Of a stretch of 64,000 nt of DNA, positions 48,428-64,000 are shown one piece after another. How positions within the stretch are numbered: the first letter of the stretch is position 1; each line of letters starts with the position of its first letter. The DNA comes from Chrysomallon squamiferum (taxonomy: Eukaryota > Animalia > Mollusca). The notes under the pieces were generated by a model. That model searched no databases. It saw only the letters and a program-made list of their open reading frames with translations, and was not told the origin of the DNA. The position numbers were made by a program, and so were the translations under genes. Location of the stretch: positions 10,540,001-10,604,000 of the forward strand of contig CM022669.1 of the NCBI GenBank assembly GCA_012295275.1, written 5' to 3'.

Positions 48428-48778
48428 ACAATGTTGTGACTTTCTGAGTGAGATACGTCCGTACAGAACTTGAGGTAAGACTGTAGCTGTTGTATTTGTT
48501 GTTGATGTTGTTGTTGTGATGATTATTGTGGCAGTGATGGTGTTACTCAAAATAATAAATAAATAAATAATAACAAAAAACAACAACAAAAACAACAAAG
48601 TATAAAATAAAACGAAATAAAATAAACGTGAGTTTTCAACGTGATCTCACCTGTGATTGGAGGGAACTACACAGGAAAACTGTCTGAATGGCTACTCTTT
48701 TCGCGAGTGTTCGTGTTCGCCAAACATCGACTTGTTTGTCGTATTTCTCTTCCTCCAGGCAGAAGATTATACTCAGCA

Positions 48779-59622
<10,844 letters not shown>

Positions 59623-61748
59623 TTAGTTCAAAATAGCTTTATGAACAAAACAGATGTTGTGTGCTGTGAGTGTGCTGCTTCGGAACAAATTTTTATTATA
59701 AAATGGAATTTAACAGGAAAGATAGTTATTTTTTATAATGTACACTGATATTTAGAGATTGTATTCACTGGTGAACAAAAACAAAATATAATAAAAATTT
59801 ATCTGATAACTGGTTTTGGGAAAATTATGATAGAAGTTATTGTATAATATTTAGTCACTGACTTTTTCAAATTTGACTGTTTTTGACAATCCACTTTAGA
59901 TAATTTTCAAATTCATTCCTTTCATATACACACACACACACACACACACACCATAAAAAAAGAATTTAACTAAATGTTATAAATATATTTGCATACCTGC
60001 ATATATGCATTTTGCCAAAGATACTGAGATTATGAAAATTCTGGCAATACACATAAACATATTTCAAAATGTTGTAAAATGTTCTAGTATATTTTGTTTT
60101 TAGAATAACGTTAACTCTTGCATCTGCAATGTGTGTAGTATTTTCTTCTTTTGATGTTTTCTGTGTTATTGTTATTATTGTTTATTATTATCATCGTTAT
60201 TATTTTATATATCTATTTATTTTTATTATTATTATCATCATTAGTATTTTATTTATTTACTATTATTATATTATTATTATTATTATTATTATTATTTATT
60301 ATAAATAAATAGGTATCTTGGGCTGAAATCTATGATTATTGATACATTTACTGTTACTGTTTGTGCAAATAATTTTATTATTACATTACTTTTGTCTAAT
60401 TATTAGTGCTAAATTAAGTTGGTGGTTTTACAAATCAATATATACAAGCAATGTCCAGTTATGGCAGCTACAAATATACATAAACAAATGAAATTAATCT
60501 CATATGATTCTAAAATCAGGGAGACAAAACTAGTCTTGTATTTGTACATTCAGATTTGTTCAGGCAAATGAATTGTGTTTACTGTAGCCTTAATATTATT
60601 TTTATATCATCTTGCATTTAATAATTACGTGACTCTCAATTTACTTGGAATATTAAAATTATGAGAAATCTGTTTCAGACTTTTTTCTTATTTTGTCATT
60701 CAGTTTTATTATTTTTAGTATGTGATTTAGTAATTTTAAAAAATGTACATTTTATTGTGAACAATCGTTGTAATGAAGGAGTACCTATCACGGCTTTGTT
60801 TTGAAATATTTTATGTTCTGTAATAATTATCATATTAAAAAAAAAAAAAGATACCGGTTTGGTTTTGGGTTTTTTTTTTTTCGGAACTTTATCAAAATTC
60901 ACTACCTAACGACAATCAAGGGAAAATAATTTAAATATATTTAAAATATTTAATTTTTATTAATCTATCCTAACTAATGAAAGATTGAATTTTAAACTAA
61001 TTTAATTTAAAAACGCCGTCCTTACCTTTATTCACAGTAGCACGATAATTACTTCTGTCCAAATTAGGTACACAGTTTAAAAATGTTCTTGACGTCCAAG
61101 GCATTATGACATCACAACAATCGTCGATAAATATAGCTTACGGAAAATAACGATCGTTTGTTCGCTGCGTGCACAACTACAGTATTTAGCACTAATTTAT
61201 TAATGAAATCCTGAGTAACTAACTGTAAGGTAATTATTTAACAGAATGGTACATGTGAAGTTAATAACAAATAATTAAGGGGGAAACAAAATATCTATGG
61301 CATGATAGAATATTAAGAAAATAGCTTGCAGTATAAAATCTCGTTAAACAGAGTTGTTAAAATTGTGCCTGAATTTACGTTTGAATTTTTTATATATCAT
61401 TTATTTTGTTCTGTTTCTGTTCTTTTAATGATTTGCTTTTCGGTTAACTCCACTGATTATCCGATCCTTCGTGTTATGAGAAAGAAAAACAAAACAACAA
61501 AACTATACCCTGTATTTCTTCACGTAATTATAGCCCAGCGTGTTAATACTTCACCAATTCTTTCTTTTTTATTTTATTTTATTAATTTTTCATTTATCTT
61601 TTTATTTTATTTATTTATTATTTGTTTTGTTTTTTTCAAATTCTAATTCCCACATAACAAACATTTTAACTCTCCACTCTCGTATTTACAGAAACGTTTA
61701 CAAAATGTTTTAAAAGACTAATTCGTCATGGTGAACATGCAAAACAAA

Positions 61749-61820
<72 letters not shown>

Positions 61821-62223
61821 TGTAACTGTTAAACATTTTATTATTATTGAAAATCTGTTGTTTTCACCACAACAACTATTCAAAACTGAATTCGATACAG
61901 GGAAACCGACTGTACTGAATTTCTTATTCTGAAAATATTTTTGTTTCCTCTTAAACTTTAGCTGGAAGGGACAGATAAACGAGTACCTGAAAGGTGTCAT
62001 TTAAATCCCAATCTATCTTAAAACAACAATAGTTTTTTAATATTTTATTTCCTTTGTACGCATGATTGATTAGTTTGTATTCAGAAATATATTTTTTGAA
62101 TAAAAGAGACGATAAGTATTGACAGGTAGGTGTGACTGTATGTAAATACACATATTAACACCTACATAAGTGTTTGCCCTAAACTAATAATAATAATAAT
62201 AAAATACAACTACTCCTACTACA

Positions 62224-62284
<61 letters not shown>

Positions 62285-62450
62285 AAAATAACAACAACAA
62301 AATAATAATTGTAAAAATAAAATAATGATAATAATGATGATTAAGGTGATCAAACTTTAAAAAAAAAAAAAAGACGCCGCTGATGTGAATATAATGAAAC
62401 AAATACAGAAAGAACGATAATGGCAATAGTAGCGCTAGTAGATAAAATAA

Positions 62451-62504
<54 letters not shown>

Positions 62505-63125
62505 AAAAATTAAGCTTGCAAACATAAACATAGATTATGCAACAAACACACTACAATAACCTTTTATATTACATTTCACATGAAAATAGAAATATATGCA
62601 TCCATAATTCACACTTTCATACAGCTGTTATGTCACAATAATTTTTATTCTGGCATTTCCGGGTCACTGATATTACAAATAATGACACTCTTAAAGATCA
62701 TTATCGTTAAAAGACAGTGAAAAAAATACAAACATTATGAATTATGTCTGAACTGACCTTTGACCTACTGTCATTGCCAGTCGTCTGGTATTAATGGTTG
62801 TCGATCATTACTGATTGACAGGCCCAATCATATTTCACCAACTTTGAGAAATGTTTTGTCTGCTGTATAGCATTATCTCAGCAGACCGCAGAATGAATAT
62901 ACACAATGTTTTGGTAAGTTGGATTGTTTCAGTAACAAGGGTAAAATTTCGTATGCAGACATAATGATATATAAGTTTCAGTATTAAATAAACAGCAGAC
63001 TAAAAAAAAAAAAACAGAAGCAAAAAAGAAAATAAATAAATAAATAAATAATAATAATTTAAAAAAAAAGTAAATGTGAAATAAGTAAATAAATAAATAA
63101 ATATATATAATAATAATAATAATAA

Positions 63126-63180
<55 letters not shown>

Positions 63181-63439
63181 GATTATGATTATTATTATTA
63201 TTATTATTATTATTATAGTTCTGTTAACTAATATCAAGCAGGATAAATAATTTTGGGGTGTTAAAAAAATAACAGTTAATTAATATATACAAATTTTGTG
63301 TTACAATCAATCTCAGATTATATTACATTATTATGGGTTACACATAACAAATACATATCCGGATTTATCGTTATCCATATCAAAATCATTTGATATTAGT
63401 TCACTGCTGTTACTGATAAGCTGTCAACTTTTCTCGTGC

Positions 63440-63549
63440 GCCCCAGTGGCACAATAGGTTAGCGCGCCGTACTTATAGACAGTACCTTCTCTGTGTGTAA
63501 CACAGAAAGAGGAATGCGGAGGTTGTGAGTTCGAGCCTCACCTGGGGCA
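63440..63549 (+). tRNA. tRNA-Ile (anticodon TAT) with a 36-nt intron (63478-63513)
   Basis: Acceptor stem GCCCCAG/CTGGGGC with discriminator A; A box TGGCACAATAGG; anticodon stem CCGTA/TGCGG with loop CT-TAT-A^A; T arm GTGAG-TTCGAGC-CTCAC; intron at the canonical 37/38 position, as in animal tRNA-Ile(UAU) genes. Confidence 0.95.
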
Positions 63550-63556
63550 GCCATTG

Positions 63557-63568
63557 TTTTTCCTTTTT
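63557..63568 (+). terminator. RNA polymerase III T-run terminator of the tRNA gene
   Basis: TTTTT-CC-TTTTT starting about 8 nt downstream of the tRNA 3' end. Confidence 0.7.
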
Positions 63569-64000
63569 ATTGAAATTCACTATTATTTTTTTTTACTTTT
63601 GTTAGTGCTTAATTAAATAATAGGCAGCAGTATTACTTAAAAATTATATTTCATTTTTGATATAAAATAATTTACTTTTATTTGCAAAATGTCTACTTTA
63701 AATTTTCTTTTAAATTTATTTAACTTTATTATTTTCATTATTGTTTAATTAAATTCATCGGTTATTTTTTTTTTTTATGTAGTAGTTTCAGACAGTACTT
63801 CTATTTAAAACAATATTTAATTTGTAGTATAAAATAATTTTCTTGTTTTATTACAATGACGATTTTAATTTAACATTAAGAGTAAATAACTGATTATTCG
63901 TAAACGCATATGTAGTCCTGTATATTTATACTTTTTTTTTTACCGCGTTTTCTAGTTATTGTATTTAATACAATCAATCTTTTTGATCCTTAAAGATCAC

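Noticed and set aside
62755-62767. TGACCTTTGACCT DR1 nuclear-receptor-like element
   Set aside because: This motif is common in mollusc interspersed repeats and no nearby Pol II gene start is visible.

Overview
AT-rich, microsatellite-laden eukaryotic genomic DNA from an invertebrate animal; the repeat content suggests a gastropod mollusc (inference). Reading GT-AG exons with consistent phases gives four multi-exon protein-coding genes. (1) RASA1/p120 RasGAP, + strand, 23 exons at 1454-15877, with the first exon upstream of the window. (2) TICRR/Treslin, + strand, 19 exons at 19173-32828, about 1837 aa. (3) An alpha-arrestin (ARRDC family), - strand, 7 coding exons at 35553-43150, about 405 aa. 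(4) ALDH7A1/antiquitin, + strand, 19 exons at 48779-59622, 511 aa. An intron-containing tRNA-Ile(UAU) gene lies at 63440-63549. Three Tigger/pogo-type DNA-transposon derivatives cluster around the arrestin 5' region. The most notable observations are: tandem duplications that repeatedly copy splice junctions; an ALDH7A1 mitochondrial-presequence-like frame with no in-frame AUG; an element resembling mammalian Tigger4/Zombi; a candidate small spliced gene divergent from TICRR; and alternating CpG-depleted and CpG-retaining domains. I found no convincing wholly new biological system. Comparisons with human genes and repeat consensus sequences are from memory and need database confirmation.
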